DNA of 45,276 nt from Bacteroidales bacterium (GTDB lineage: Bacteria > Bacteroidota > Bacteroidia > Bacteroidales > 4572-128). The notes beneath the pieces were generated by a model. The model had not been told where the DNA came from and did no database searches. It saw only the letters and a program-made list of their open reading frames with translations. The DNA lies in the NCBI GenBank assembly GCA_029938235.1, contig JAOZVH010000001.1, forward strand, positions 1 through 45,276, in the 5' to 3' direction. Each line of letters opens with the position of its first letter. Position 1 is the first letter of the stretch. Positions 15,604-24,729 of the stretch are shown in pieces. The position numbers and the translations under genes were made by a program.

Positions 15604-16383
15604 ATGAAAAAAGATTTTAAAAAATCATTAGTTTTAAATGATGATGTATTAAAAAGGTTAATGAAAATTATAAGCACAAAATCAGATAAAGAAAAATTTA
15701 ATTCTTGGTTGGATGATGAGTATAAATTATTAACTGAATCTGGAAAAATTTTAAATTTTCGTTCAGCGACATTAGAGAAATTGATGGAAATTGTAAATAT
15801 TGAACAAGCAGATGAAGAAAATAAATTTTTAAAATGGTTCTCATATAAATATGAATTATCAAAAGAAGAAAAAATTTTTTTGAAAAATTTAATAAAAAAA
15901 AATAAATTTTATCTTAACAGTTATAATGAACAAACTTTAATAGCAAAATTTATAGCAATTCTTCTTTATAAAGTAAACTTCAGTAATAAATATATAAAAG
16001 ATTGGTATGAATATGCTATAAATTGCAAATTAAATGGCTGGACATTAGTTGGTTATCCTGATTTTTTTGTTGCAACCGGAATAAATGAGCCGAAAAAGCC
16101 TTATTTTTTTCTTCAAGAATATAAAAAAGGAGTAAATTTCAATGGTAATCCTGAATATCAAGTGCTTGCTGCAATGCTTGCCGCAATTACTTTAAATAAT
16201 ACAAATACTATAAAAGGTGGTTATATAATTGGCGCTTATTGGAAGTTTATGATACTCAACAAATTAGAAAATGGAAATTATGAATATTTTGTCTCGAAAG
16301 GTTTTGATTGTTTGGATTTCTATGAATTGAAAAAAATTTATATTTATTTGCAAGCAGTAAAAATGCTATATTGTAAAAAATAA
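15604..16383 (+). CDS. PD-(D/E)xK-like nuclease-fold protein (HsdR-N-terminal-like), paralog of 6478..7134
   Basis: 259-aa ORF. The PD dipeptide lies at nt 16057-16062, and the E and K of QEYKK lie at 16117-16125. NEQ lies upstream and QVLAAMLAA downstream. Repeat arrays flank the gene on both sides. Confidence 0.55.
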   Translation: MKKDFKKSLVLNDDVLKRLMKIISTKSDKEKFNSWLDDEYKLLTESGKILNFRSATLEKLMEIVNIEQADEENKFLKWFSYKYELSKEEKIFLKNLIKKNKFYLNSYNEQTLIAKFIAILLYKVNFSNKYIKDWYEYAINCKLNGWTLVGYPDFFVATGINEPKKPYFFLQEYKKGVNFNGNPEYQVLAAMLAAITLNNTNTIKGGYIIGAYWKFMILNKLENGNYEYFVSKGFDCLDFYELKKIYIYLQAVKMLYCKK

Positions 16384-16394
16384 TAATATATTTT

Positions 16395-16940
16395 GATTTA
16401 AAAAATATTAAAATTTTCACGAATTTGAAAAAAATTTTTATTTTGGAATTAAAAAATCTTAAAATTTTCACGTTTTTTGAAAAAAATTTTTTTATTTTCA
16501 AATTAAAAAATCTTAAAATTTTCACGTTTTTTGAAAAAAATTTTTTTATTTTGAAATTAAAAAATCTTAAAATTTTCACGAATTTGAAAAAAATTTTTTT
16601 ATTTTGAAATTAAAAAACATTAAAATTTTGGACGAATTTGAAAAAAATTTTTTTTATTTTTAAATTAAAAGATGTTGAAATTTTGGACGTTTTTTGAAAA
16701 AAATTTTTTTTTATTTGAAATTAAAAAATATTAAAATTTTGGACGATTTTTGAAAAAAATTTTTTATTTAAAATTGAAAAATATTAAAATTTTGGACGAT
16801 TTTTGAAAAAAAAATTTTTTTTATTTTAAAATTAAAAAATATTAAAATTTTGGGCGTTTTTTGAAAAAATTTTTTTTATTTAAAATTAAAATGTTAAATT
16901 TTAATTATTTTTTGAAAAAAAAATTTTTTTATTTATTAAA
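16395..16940. repeat. Largest array, ~10-11 tandem units of the intergenic AT repeat family (GACG orientation)
   Basis: Anchors are CACG at 16418, 16469, 16523 and 16577, GACG at 16631, 16686, 16742 and 16795, and GGCG at 16853. The period is 51-58 bp. There are two sub-blocks, TCTTAAAATTTTCACG units followed by ATTAAAATTTTGGACG units. Confidence 0.92.
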
Positions 16941-16984
16941 AATAAATTTTTTATTAATTTTAAGAAATTTTTTTTTATATTTTT

Positions 16985-19711
16985 ATGAAATTCAAATTTA
17001 CAATAACAAAAAAATTAGGAATTGGTTTTATAATATTATTAATAGCTGTTGTTATTAATGCTTATTTAATTTATATAACAGCAGAAGAAAATCGTGAAAC
17101 CAGCATTATGATAACACAAATCTATATGCCTTCTGTTTCTTATCTTCACGATTTATCATATATTATTAATAATTCTAAATTTTTAATTAAAAGCTGGGTG
17201 CTTGTTGATAGAAAAGAAGATACACCTGAAAAAAAACTTTTAAAAAATTTACATAATATAAAATATGTAAATTTAGAAAAAAAAATATCAAATAAATTCG
17301 TTTTCTTATGGAAAGAAAAAGATAAAAAAATATTTTTCAAAACAAAAATATTGATAGAGAAACTCTTTAAAAAACACAAAATTATAATGAGTCAACTAAA
17401 AGATTTTGAAAGCTATGAAAACCCACTTGTATTTTTTGAAATTAACCCACAAGTAGAAACTAATGGAGAAATTATAGAACTGACAGATGAAATTTTGAAA
17501 AAATTAAATATTTTAATAGAAAATCAAGAAAAAATTGTTGATAAATTAAATAGTCAAATTATTAAAGATTTTTCGTGGTTTGAAAGGCTGGTTGTTTATA
17601 TGGGGAATATAATGGGTATTATTGTTCTTTTGACAGGAATTGTTACAATAAGAGCAATAAAAATTCCACTGGAGTTTATAAAAAATATTGTTCTTGATAT
17701 GGGGAAAGGCATACTTCCAAAAAAAGAAATAAAAGTAAGCAATGACGAAATTGGAGAAATGAGTATCGCTTTAAATATACTTGTAAAAAATTTAAAAAAA
17801 ACCTCAGAATTTTCCGAAGAAATAGGAAAAGGAAATTTTAAAATAGAGTTTACCTCTCTTAGTAAAAATGATTTACTAGGAAATTCTTTAATAAAAATGA
17901 AAAATGAACTTTATAATGCTTCTAATGAAGAATCATTAAGAAAAAAAGAAAACGAAGAAAGACGATGGACAACTAACGGTATAGCAATGTTTAGTGATAT
18001 TTTACAAAAAAATGATGATAATATTAATAATTTTTCTTTCGATATAATTAAAAATCTAATAAAATATGTTGAAGTAAATCAAGGAGGATTATTTATTATT
18101 AATGATGAAGATAAAAATGATGTTTTTTTAGAACTAATGGCAAGCTATGCTTATGGTAGAAAAAAAATATTAGAAAAACGAATAGAAATAGGAGAAGGAC
18201 TTCTCGGAAGATGTATGCAAGAGCAAGAAATAATTTATATCACAGATCTGCCAAAAACATACATTAATATTGGTTCTGGACTTGGAGATTCTAAGCCTCG
18301 TTCTTTACTTATTGCTCCTTTAAAAGTAAATGAAAAAATTTATGGAGTTATAGAAATTGCGTCTTTTTTCCATTTGAAAAATTATAAAATAGAATTTGTA
18401 GAAAAAATAGGTGAAAATATTGCATCAGCAATTGCTACTCTGAAAACAAATTTAAATACTGTCAGATTATTAAAAGATGCAAAATTTAAAGAGGAAGAAC
18501 TTGCCATAAGAGATGAAGAAATGCGTCAAAATTTAGAAGAATTACAAGTTACCAAAGAAAGTCTTGCAAAACGAGAAAAAGAACAACAAAGAGCAATTAA
18601 AATTTTAAACATAGAAAATAAAAAACGCATAGGAGAAATTATGGAAAAAGATTTAGAAATGAGAGGACAATTAAACGCTGTAGATAATACCACAGCGGTT
18701 GTTGAGTTTGATATGAAAGGAAAAATTAAAAGAGTAAATAAATTATTTGAGGAATTAATTGGATATTCGGATGAAGAAATGGTTGGTAATAGCTACAATT
18801 TATTTATTTCTGAAGAGAAAGAAGAAATAAAGTTTCATAAAAAATTGTGGGACGATTTGAATGAAGGAGAAATATATTCCGGAGAATTTGTTAATATAGA
18901 TAAATTTGGAAAGGAAATATGGTTAAAATCAACTTATGTACCTGTTTTAGATAAAAATAAAAAACCTTATAAAATCATTGCGTCTTCTTTAGATATAACA
19001 TCTGATAAATTAACTTTCTTAGATTTAAAAGGAAAAATCAAGGGGATAGAACGTTCAAATGCAATTATTGAAATGGATATTAATGGTAAAATTATATCTA
19101 TTAATGAGTTGTTTGCTGATTTATTAGAATATCCAATGAAAGAAATTATCGGAATGAATCACGATAATATCGTAAATAAAGAATATGTAACAACAAAATT
19201 TTATGCTGATTTTTGGAATAAACTAAAAAAGGGAGAATTCATAAAAGGTGCATTTAAAAGAATTAAAAAAAATGGTGATGCAATATGGGTTAGTGCATCT
19301 TATAATCCAATTTTTAATATTAGGAATAATATTTATAAAATAATTATTTTCGCTCACGATATTACAAAACAAAGAAGAACATTTAAAAATTTAGAAATTA
19401 ATAATAAAAAATTATTAGAGCAAGAAGATAAATTCCAACAAAAAATAGAAAAAATAAGAACTTTAAATGAAAAATTAAAAGTTCAAGTTTCCGAAGAAAA
19501 TAAGAAAAATATTAAATTAAAAGAAAAAGAAGAACAGAATTTTAATTCTATGAAAGAAATGAAAATTTTAAATGATAAATTAAAAATTAAAGTTTCCGAA
19601 GAAAACAGAAAAAACGATGAATTAAATGAAAAAATGGAGCAAATTTCCGCTTCTATGGAAGAAATGAAATCTTTATATGAACAGATTGAAAAAAATAGAG
19701 AAAAAAATTAG
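16985..19711 (+). CDS. Membrane sensor: 4HB-like periplasmic module, TM, HAMP, GAF, PAS, PAS and a C-terminal coiled coil; no recognisable catalytic output
   Basis: 908-aa ORF with an N-terminal TM (GIGFIILLIAVVINAYLIY) and a second TM followed by HAMP (IKIPLEF...SNDEIGEMSIALN). GAF is visible (NQGGLFIINDED...GEGLLGRCMQEQE...YGVIEIASF). Two PAS-like blocks are present (AVVEFDMKGKIKRVNKLFEELIGYS and AIIEMDINGKIISINELFADLLEY). A duplicated coiled-coil tail ends in EQISASMEEMKSL. Confidence 0.75.
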   Translation: MKFKFTITKKLGIGFIILLIAVVINAYLIYITAEENRETSIMITQIYMPSVSYLHDLSYIINNSKFLIKSWVLVDRKEDTPEKKLLKNLHNIKYVNLEKKISNKFVFLWKEKDKKIFFKTKILIEKLFKKHKIIMSQLKDFESYENPLVFFEINPQVETNGEIIELTDEILKKLNILIENQEKIVDKLNSQIIKDFSWFERLVVYMGNIMGIIVLLTGIVTIRAIKIPLEFIKNIVLDMGKGILPKKEIKVSNDEIGEMSIALNILVKNLKKTSEFSEEIGKGNFKIEFTSLSKNDLLGNSLIKMKNELYNASNEESLRKKENEERRWTTNGIAMFSDILQKNDDNINNFSFDIIKNLIKYVEVNQGGLFIINDEDKNDVFLELMASYAYGRKKILEKRIEIGEGLLGRCMQEQEIIYITDLPKTYINIGSGLGDSKPRSLLIAPLKVNEKIYGVIEIASFFHLKNYKIEFVEKIGENIASAIATLKTNLNTVRLLKDAKFKEEELAIRDEEMRQNLEELQVTKESLAKREKEQQRAIKILNIENKKRIGEIMEKDLEMRGQLNAVDNTTAVVEFDMKGKIKRVNKLFEELIGYSDEEMVGNSYNLFISEEKEEIKFHKKLWDDLNEGEIYSGEFVNIDKFGKEIWLKSTYVPVLDKNKKPYKIIASSLDITSDKLTFLDLKGKIKGIERSNAIIEMDINGKIISINELFADLLEYPMKEIIGMNHDNIVNKEYVTTKFYADFWNKLKKGEFIKGAFKRIKKNGDAIWVSASYNPIFNIRNNIYKIIIFAHDITKQRRTFKNLEINNKKLLEQEDKFQQKIEKIRTLNEKLKVQVSEENKKNIKLKEKEEQNFNSMKEMKILNDKLKIKVSEENRKNDELNEKMEQISASMEEMKSLYEQIEKNREKN

Positions 19712-19735
19712 ATATAAAATTTTTTTTGAAAATTC

Positions 19736-19786
19736 ATTTATAAATAAAAAATGAAATTTTTAAAATTTCATTTTTTATTTATAAAT
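19736..19786. terminator. 51-bp perfect palindrome (25-bp arms) between convergent genes; bidirectional terminator candidate
   Basis: Positions 19736-19760 pair perfectly with 19762-19786 around T19761. The core is ATGAAATTTT-T-AAAATTTCAT. The right arm overlaps the last 6 sense codons and the stop of the minus-strand gene ending at 19768. Confidence 0.55.
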
Positions 19787-21069
19787 TTTATCGTTTCTTC
19801 CAAAACATTCCTCCAATTTTTCCATTCATATTTATCACTTAAACTTTCATTGTGCCATAAACTAATGAAAGTGCCGCCATATTTTTTTACGTATAAAATC
19901 ATCTCATAAATTTTTTTTTTTGAAAAATTCGGCGAATATTTTAAATAATTTTTTAAACTAACTTCCATAAAAGCAAAAGAATAAATTTTTAAATTGCTTC
20001 TTTTTTCTTTATACAAATTATAAAAATAAAAAGCTGTAGAAGTACTTGCACGAAAACCAATTTCATCGGCATAACCCATAGTATAATCTTCTTTTATTCC
20101 AAATTTTTCCAAATTTTCATAAGTCTTTGGAAATTCCAATTTTAAATAATGTTGTCTACTTTTGGTAATTTTTTTTTTAATTAATTTTGATAAATTTAAA
20201 ATCTCTTCATTTAAAATTTCTTTTTTTTCGTTGGAAAAATAAGTTGGATGAATTCCTATTTCATTATTTTTTTCCAAATTTTTAATTAATTTTTGAAAAG
20301 TTTTATTTCTTATGGAAATATTCCTATCAAATTTTTTATATTTTCCAAATAAAAAGAAATAAATTATTTTTAAATTATATTTTTTTCTTAGATTTTCTAA
20401 GTAATCAAAATTATCAAATTTGTCTTTTTGAAAACCAAAAATAGTTTTAAATCTTTGAAAATTATTATTGAAATCAAATTTTAAAAAACTCTTAAAAAAA
20501 CTGCCAAAAATCAAAAAAAATTTTTTATTTAGGTATGCGTAAGCATTATCAACATCAATGGTACAAATATATTCAAAATGTATTTTTTTCTTTTTTAAAT
20601 TTGGAAAATATAATTTTAATTTTTCAAAAAATTCATTTGCCCAAATGTTAATTATTGGTTTTTGCAAAAAATTATTTTTGTAGGCAGTGCTATTTTTCGC
20701 AGAATAACGATTATGAATATCTTTTTCAAAGGGCAAATATTCTTCATAACGAGAAATAAGATAAAAACTTGCGGCAAAAATATCAAAATGAAAAAAAGAT
20801 TTTTTCCAAAAAACTCCATTTTTTTCAAAAAAAAATTTTTTGAAATTTTGATTTTTAATTTCTTTTTCAAAAAGTAAATTTTTTGAATATAGAAATAAAA
20901 TATTTGAAAATTCTTTTTTCGAATAATTTATTTTTTGATGATTTTTATTTTCAATAAAAGAATTTTTATTTTCCGTAATTTCAAAATTAATCCCAAGAAT
21001 TTCATTAAAAATAAAATCAAAAATATATTCTAATCGTGATGTAATTTTTTCCGTATAAATTAAAAGCAT
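19768..21069 (-). CDS. Probable polysaccharide deacetylase-family protein (carbohydrate esterase-like) in a glycosyltransferase operon
   Basis: 433-aa ORF. The N-terminus MLLIYTEKITSRLEYIFDFIF resembles the conserved N-domain seen in Bacteroidota deacetylase-family proteins. His/Asp-containing motifs are present (DVDNAYAY, GIHPTY, SRQHYL). The start overlaps the stop of the upstream GT gene by 1 nt. Confidence 0.45.
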   Translation of the reverse strand: MLLIYTEKITSRLEYIFDFIFNEILGINFEITENKNSFIENKNHQKINYSKKEFSNILFLYSKNLLFEKEIKNQNFKKFFFEKNGVFWKKSFFHFDIFAASFYLISRYEEYLPFEKDIHNRYSAKNSTAYKNNFLQKPIINIWANEFFEKLKLYFPNLKKKKIHFEYICTIDVDNAYAYLNKKFFLIFGSFFKSFLKFDFNNNFQRFKTIFGFQKDKFDNFDYLENLRKKYNLKIIYFFLFGKYKKFDRNISIRNKTFQKLIKNLEKNNEIGIHPTYFSNEKKEILNEEILNLSKLIKKKITKSRQHYLKLEFPKTYENLEKFGIKEDYTMGYADEIGFRASTSTAFYFYNLYKEKRSNLKIYSFAFMEVSLKNYLKYSPNFSKKKIYEMILYVKKYGGTFISLWHNESLSDKYEWKNWRNVLEETIKFINKK

Positions 21070-22274
21070 TATAAATTTTCTTTATAAAATTGCATTAATT
21101 TTTTTGCAATATTTTCATTATCAAAATTCTTTTTCACAAAAACAATAGCATTTTTCCCAATTTCTTGGAAAAGCAATTTATCGTCTAAAACTTTCTGAAT
21201 TTCTTTTTCAAATTTTTTTGGAGAATTTGCTATTAAAATATTTTTTTTATGTGTACTATTAATTCCTTCTGTCCCAATTGAAGTTGTGATAATAGTTTTT
21301 CCCAGAGCCATACCTTCAATAATTTTTATTCGCATTCCGCTTCCGGAAAAAAGTGGAACTATCATAATTGCATGAGAATTAATAAAATCTTTTGCAACTT
21401 TTATCTCGCCGAGAAAAATTAGATTTTTAATATTTTTAAATTTTTTCCTAATAAAATCAGGAGCATTTCTTCCGGCAAGATAAAATTTTAAATTTGGATT
21501 TTTTTTTATAAGATTTTTCCAAATTTTATCAAAAAACCATATCAAACCCTCTTGGTTTGGCAACCAATCCAAAGCACCAAGATGAAAAATAGATGGATAT
21601 TTTATTTTTGTAAAATCTGGATGTAATTCTTTTGAATTTATTCCGGTTGGAGTGACGAGAATTTTACATTTATGTTCAAATTTTTTAAAAATTTTTTCAT
21701 CTCTTTTTGTAATTGGCAAAAGAAAATCATACTTTTTTAAAGATTTAAACTCTAAGTTTCTTATGCGTTTGGATAAAATTTTCAAATAAAATTTTTTGAA
21801 AATATTTTTTTCCATTTTAGAACTTCGTTCCCAAATTTCGTCTTCTATATTGTGCGAACGCATAGAAATTTTTGATGTAGAATATTTTCGTATAATTGAA
21901 ATATACAAAGCAAGAGGCAAACCTTCCAATTGAATAATATCAAATTTTTCTTTTTTTAGGATTTTTATTAAATCCATTTTATAATTTTCATTAAGAAATC
22001 TCTCCGCACTATATGGCAATTTTGAAAAAAATAAATTTTTTAAAGCATCTTTTTTATTAATACTTGCTTTTACATAAACAGAAATTGTTTTAATATTTTT
22101 TGTAAAAAAAAGCGGTAATTTTTCCAATTCAAAATAATGTTTTTCTGTGTTCATTGTCAGTAAAACAATTTTATTTCCTAAATTAGATAAGGATTTTAAT
22201 AAATTTAAAGTTGCAATTGACCCTCCATCTTTCGGAGGATATGGAATTTTATTTGATAAAATCAATATTTTCAT
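21069..22274 (-). CDS. Glycosyltransferase family 4 (GT-B fold)
   Basis: 401-aa ORF. The N-terminus is MKILILSNKIPYPPKDGGS. The C-terminal nucleotide-sugar binding motif is VPLFSGSGMRIKIIEGMALGKTIITTSIGTEGI. Confidence 0.85.
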   Translation of the reverse strand: MKILILSNKIPYPPKDGGSIATLNLLKSLSNLGNKIVLLTMNTEKHYFELEKLPLFFTKNIKTISVYVKASINKKDALKNLFFSKLPYSAERFLNENYKMDLIKILKKEKFDIIQLEGLPLALYISIIRKYSTSKISMRSHNIEDEIWERSSKMEKNIFKKFYLKILSKRIRNLEFKSLKKYDFLLPITKRDEKIFKKFEHKCKILVTPTGINSKELHPDFTKIKYPSIFHLGALDWLPNQEGLIWFFDKIWKNLIKKNPNLKFYLAGRNAPDFIRKKFKNIKNLIFLGEIKVAKDFINSHAIMIVPLFSGSGMRIKIIEGMALGKTIITTSIGTEGINSTHKKNILIANSPKKFEKEIQKVLDDKLLFQEIGKNAIVFVKKNFDNENIAKKLMQFYKENL

Positions 22275-22680
22275 TAAAAAAATTTTTCAAAAAAAACGAT
22301 ATTTTTTTATAAAAAAAAATTTAAATCAAAAAAAGCAAATGTTTTTCAATATTAAAACGTCTTTTATATATTTTTAATTTTCATATTTATTACATTTGAC
22401 ATTTAAAATCATTAAAATTTTGACATTTTTCCAAAAAAAAAATTTTTTTGATAATTTAAAATCATTAAAAAATATCGTTTTTTTGAAAAAAAAATTTTTT
22501 TGATAATTTAAAATCATTAAAAATTTGACATTTTTTTTGAAAAAAAATTTTTAAAATCATAAAAAAATACCGTTTTTTGAAAAAAAAATTTTTTTTTAAT
22601 TATAAAAAAATGCTGTTTTTTTGAAAAAATTTTTTTTAATTAAAAAATGTCATTTTTTTTCAAATAAAATTCAAAATAAA
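22275..22680. repeat. Array of ~7 units of the intergenic AT repeat family (mostly GACG orientation, degenerate G/C cores)
   Basis: Repeated GATAATTTAAAATCATTAAAA...TTTTTTGAAAAAAAAATTTTTTT units carry the cores TGACAT, TATCG, TGACAT, TACCG, TGCTG and TGTCA. One opposite-orientation unit lies at about 22280-22310. Confidence 0.85.
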
Positions 22681-22712
22681 ATTAATTTTCATAATTAATA
22701 TAACTTTTTTAA

Positions 22713-23027
22713 TTAGTTCAAAATTAATTCCATATCATCTATGCTTTTTAAAGGTATAATTTGATAATATTTTGCGAAATTCATAATATTTTGAACACTT
22801 TTATTTTGTGGTTTTAATTTTGTTTCGTTTAACATTTCAAAAACATCATCAAATTCGTCAAAATTTTCATCTATAAAAAAATCATCCTCTTGTTTTTCTA
22901 AAATTTCCTTCAAAAAATTATCTTCTTCTTTATGTATTTCATTTTCAAATCTTTGCAAATCCTCAATTTGAAATTTTTTGCTTTCCAAATTGTTTATAAA
23001 ATATAATAAAGTAAATTTTTCCTTCAT
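22713..23027 (-). CDS. Small acidic hypothetical protein
   Basis: 104-aa ORF downstream of the MlaEF-like genes on the same strand. It has an acidic core (EDDFFIDENFDEFDDVFE). No family was recognised. Confidence 0.45.
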   Translation of the reverse strand: MKEKFTLLYFINNLESKKFQIEDLQRFENEIHKEEDNFLKEILEKQEDDFFIDENFDEFDDVFEMLNETKLKPQNKSVQNIMNFAKYYQIIPLKSIDDMELILN

Positions 23028-23111
23028 AATAAAAATATTATTTTATATTTAAAATACAAAACATAAAACGTAAGATATAAAATTTTATTATTAAAAATAA
23101 TAAAATGAAAA

Positions 23112-23867
23112 TTATTTATTTTTTTCTTTTATTTTTTTAAAGAGTTCCGAAGCAAAAACAAAATCATTTAATTCTTTATTATTTGTATTGAAAATTTCTT
23201 CTTTCGTTCCGACCCACCATTTTTCGCCTTTATGAAAATAATAAATTTTTTCTCCAATTTCCATAACAGAATTCATATCATGAGTATTAATTAAAGTTGT
23301 AATATTAAATTCCCTAGTAATTTCTTTTATCAAGTTATCTATTACCATCGCTGTTTTTGGGTCTAAACCAGAATTTGGTTCATCGCAAAATAAATATTTG
23401 GGATTTAAAGCAATTGCTCTTGCTATGGAAACTCGCTTTTGCATACCTCCGCTAATCTCTGACGGAAACAATTTATTCGCATTAATAATATTAACTCTAT
23501 CTAAACAAAAATCCACTCTATTTTTTTTTTCATTAGCTGACATATTTGTAAACATTTCAAGAGGATAACGGACATTTTCTTCAACATTTAAAGAATCAAA
23601 TAAAGCTCCTCCTTGAAAAACCATTCCAATTTCTGTTCTGATTTTTTTTTTATTTTTTAAATTTAATTGAGAAAAAACAACATCGTCATAAATAATTTCC
23701 CCCTTTGTAATTTCATGCAAACCAACTATAGATTTTAATAGAACAGTTTTTCCAGAACCACTTTGTCCAATAATTAAATTTGTTTTTCCCTGTTCGAAGT
23801 TGGCAGAGATATTTTTTAAAACTTCTTTATCTCCAAAAGATTTATAAACATTTCTTAATTTTATCAT
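23112..23867 (-). CDS. ABC transporter ATP-binding protein, MlaF-like
   Basis: Walker A is GQSGSGKT, the signature is SGGMQKRVSIARA, and Walker B is LFCDEPNSGLD. It lies immediately downstream of the MlaE-like permease. Confidence 0.9.
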   Translation of the reverse strand: MIKLRNVYKSFGDKEVLKNISANFEQGKTNLIIGQSGSGKTVLLKSIVGLHEITKGEIIYDDVVFSQLNLKNKKKIRTEIGMVFQGGALFDSLNVEENVRYPLEMFTNMSANEKKNRVDFCLDRVNIINANKLFPSEISGGMQKRVSIARAIALNPKYLFCDEPNSGLDPKTAMVIDNLIKEITREFNITTLINTHDMNSVMEIGEKIYYFHKGEKWWVGTKEEIFNTNNKELNDFVFASELFKKIKEKNK

Positions 23868-23870
23868 AAT

Positions 23871-24614
23871 TTAAACTAATAAAAGTTGAGTTAAAATCAT
23901 ATTAAATAACAATATTAAAACACTACTATAAACAACTGCATTTGTACTAGATTTTCCAACTTCAAGCGCACCTCCCTTAGTATAATATCCGTGATAAGAG
24001 GAAACCGAAGCAATAATAAATGCAAAAATTACCGCTTTTATCATGGCATAAATTAAATAATATGGTCTGAAAGAATATTGTAATCCTACTATATAATCTT
24101 CCGGACTAACTACACCAGTGAAAATTCCTGCAAGATAGCCGCCAAATATTCCTATTGACATGCTCATAATTACAAGAAACGGATTGAAAAATACAGATGC
24201 TATAATTTTCGGCATTATTAAATATGAAGCTGAATTTACACCCATAATTTCAAGAGCATCAATTTGTTCGCTGACTCGCATAGTTCCAATTTCTGAAGCA
24301 ATATTAGAACCAACTTTTCCTGCAAGTATTAAACTTAAAATGGTCGATGAAAATTCTAAAACCATAGAATCACGAGCAGCAACACCAATTAAATATTTCG
24401 GAACAAAAGGATTATCTATTCCATAAGCAGTTTGAATTGTTATTACAGCACCCATAAAAATTGAAATTATTGCAGTAATACCAATAGAACTAACTCCAAG
24501 ATTATCTATTTCTCTAATAATTTGTTTAAAATAAATACTATGTTTTTCTGGTTTTGAAATTATAACTCTCTGCATTAAAAGAAGATAACGTCCTATATGA
24601 TAAAAAATTTTCAT
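23871..24614 (-). CDS. MlaE-like ABC transporter permease
   Basis: 247-aa polytopic protein with the MlaE-family motif GTMRVSEQIDALEIMG. Confidence 0.85.
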   Translation of the reverse strand: MKIFYHIGRYLLLMQRVIISKPEKHSIYFKQIIREIDNLGVSSIGITAIISIFMGAVITIQTAYGIDNPFVPKYLIGVAARDSMVLEFSSTILSLILAGKVGSNIASEIGTMRVSEQIDALEIMGVNSASYLIMPKIIASVFFNPFLVIMSMSIGIFGGYLAGIFTGVVSPEDYIVGLQYSFRPYYLIYAMIKAVIFAFIIASVSSYHGYYTKGGALEVGKSSTNAVVYSSVLILLFNMILTQLLLV

Positions 24615-24729
24615 TATTTTATTTTTATAAAAATATTTTTTGTAAAATTAATAAAATATATGAAAGCAAATTTTAAGAAAAAATTTTGAATTTATTAATT
24701 GAATATAGAAACCAATAAAATTTTATTTC

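Noticed and set aside
6478-16383. Classical composite transposon or IS-bounded island
   Set aside because: The two bracketing genes are only ~55-60% identical at the protein level. They have no recognisable transposase motifs (DDE, HUH, or Ser/Tyr recombinase), and no terminal inverted repeats or target duplications were seen. The idea is kept only as a weak architectural observation.
16395-16940. CRISPR array
   Set aside because: The ~52-bp period is a single repeating unit with no interspersed unique spacers. Units are ~90% A+T with degenerate cores. The same units occur singly and in both orientations all over the window, and no cas genes are present.
16256-17058. ORFs 16256..16579 (-), 16425..16607 (+) and 16861..17058 (+) as genes
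   Set aside because: Their proteins are periodic translations of the tandem repeat (KILRFFN.KIKKFFSKNV and LKNLKIFTFFEKNFFI repeated). They are artefacts of stop-free repeat units.
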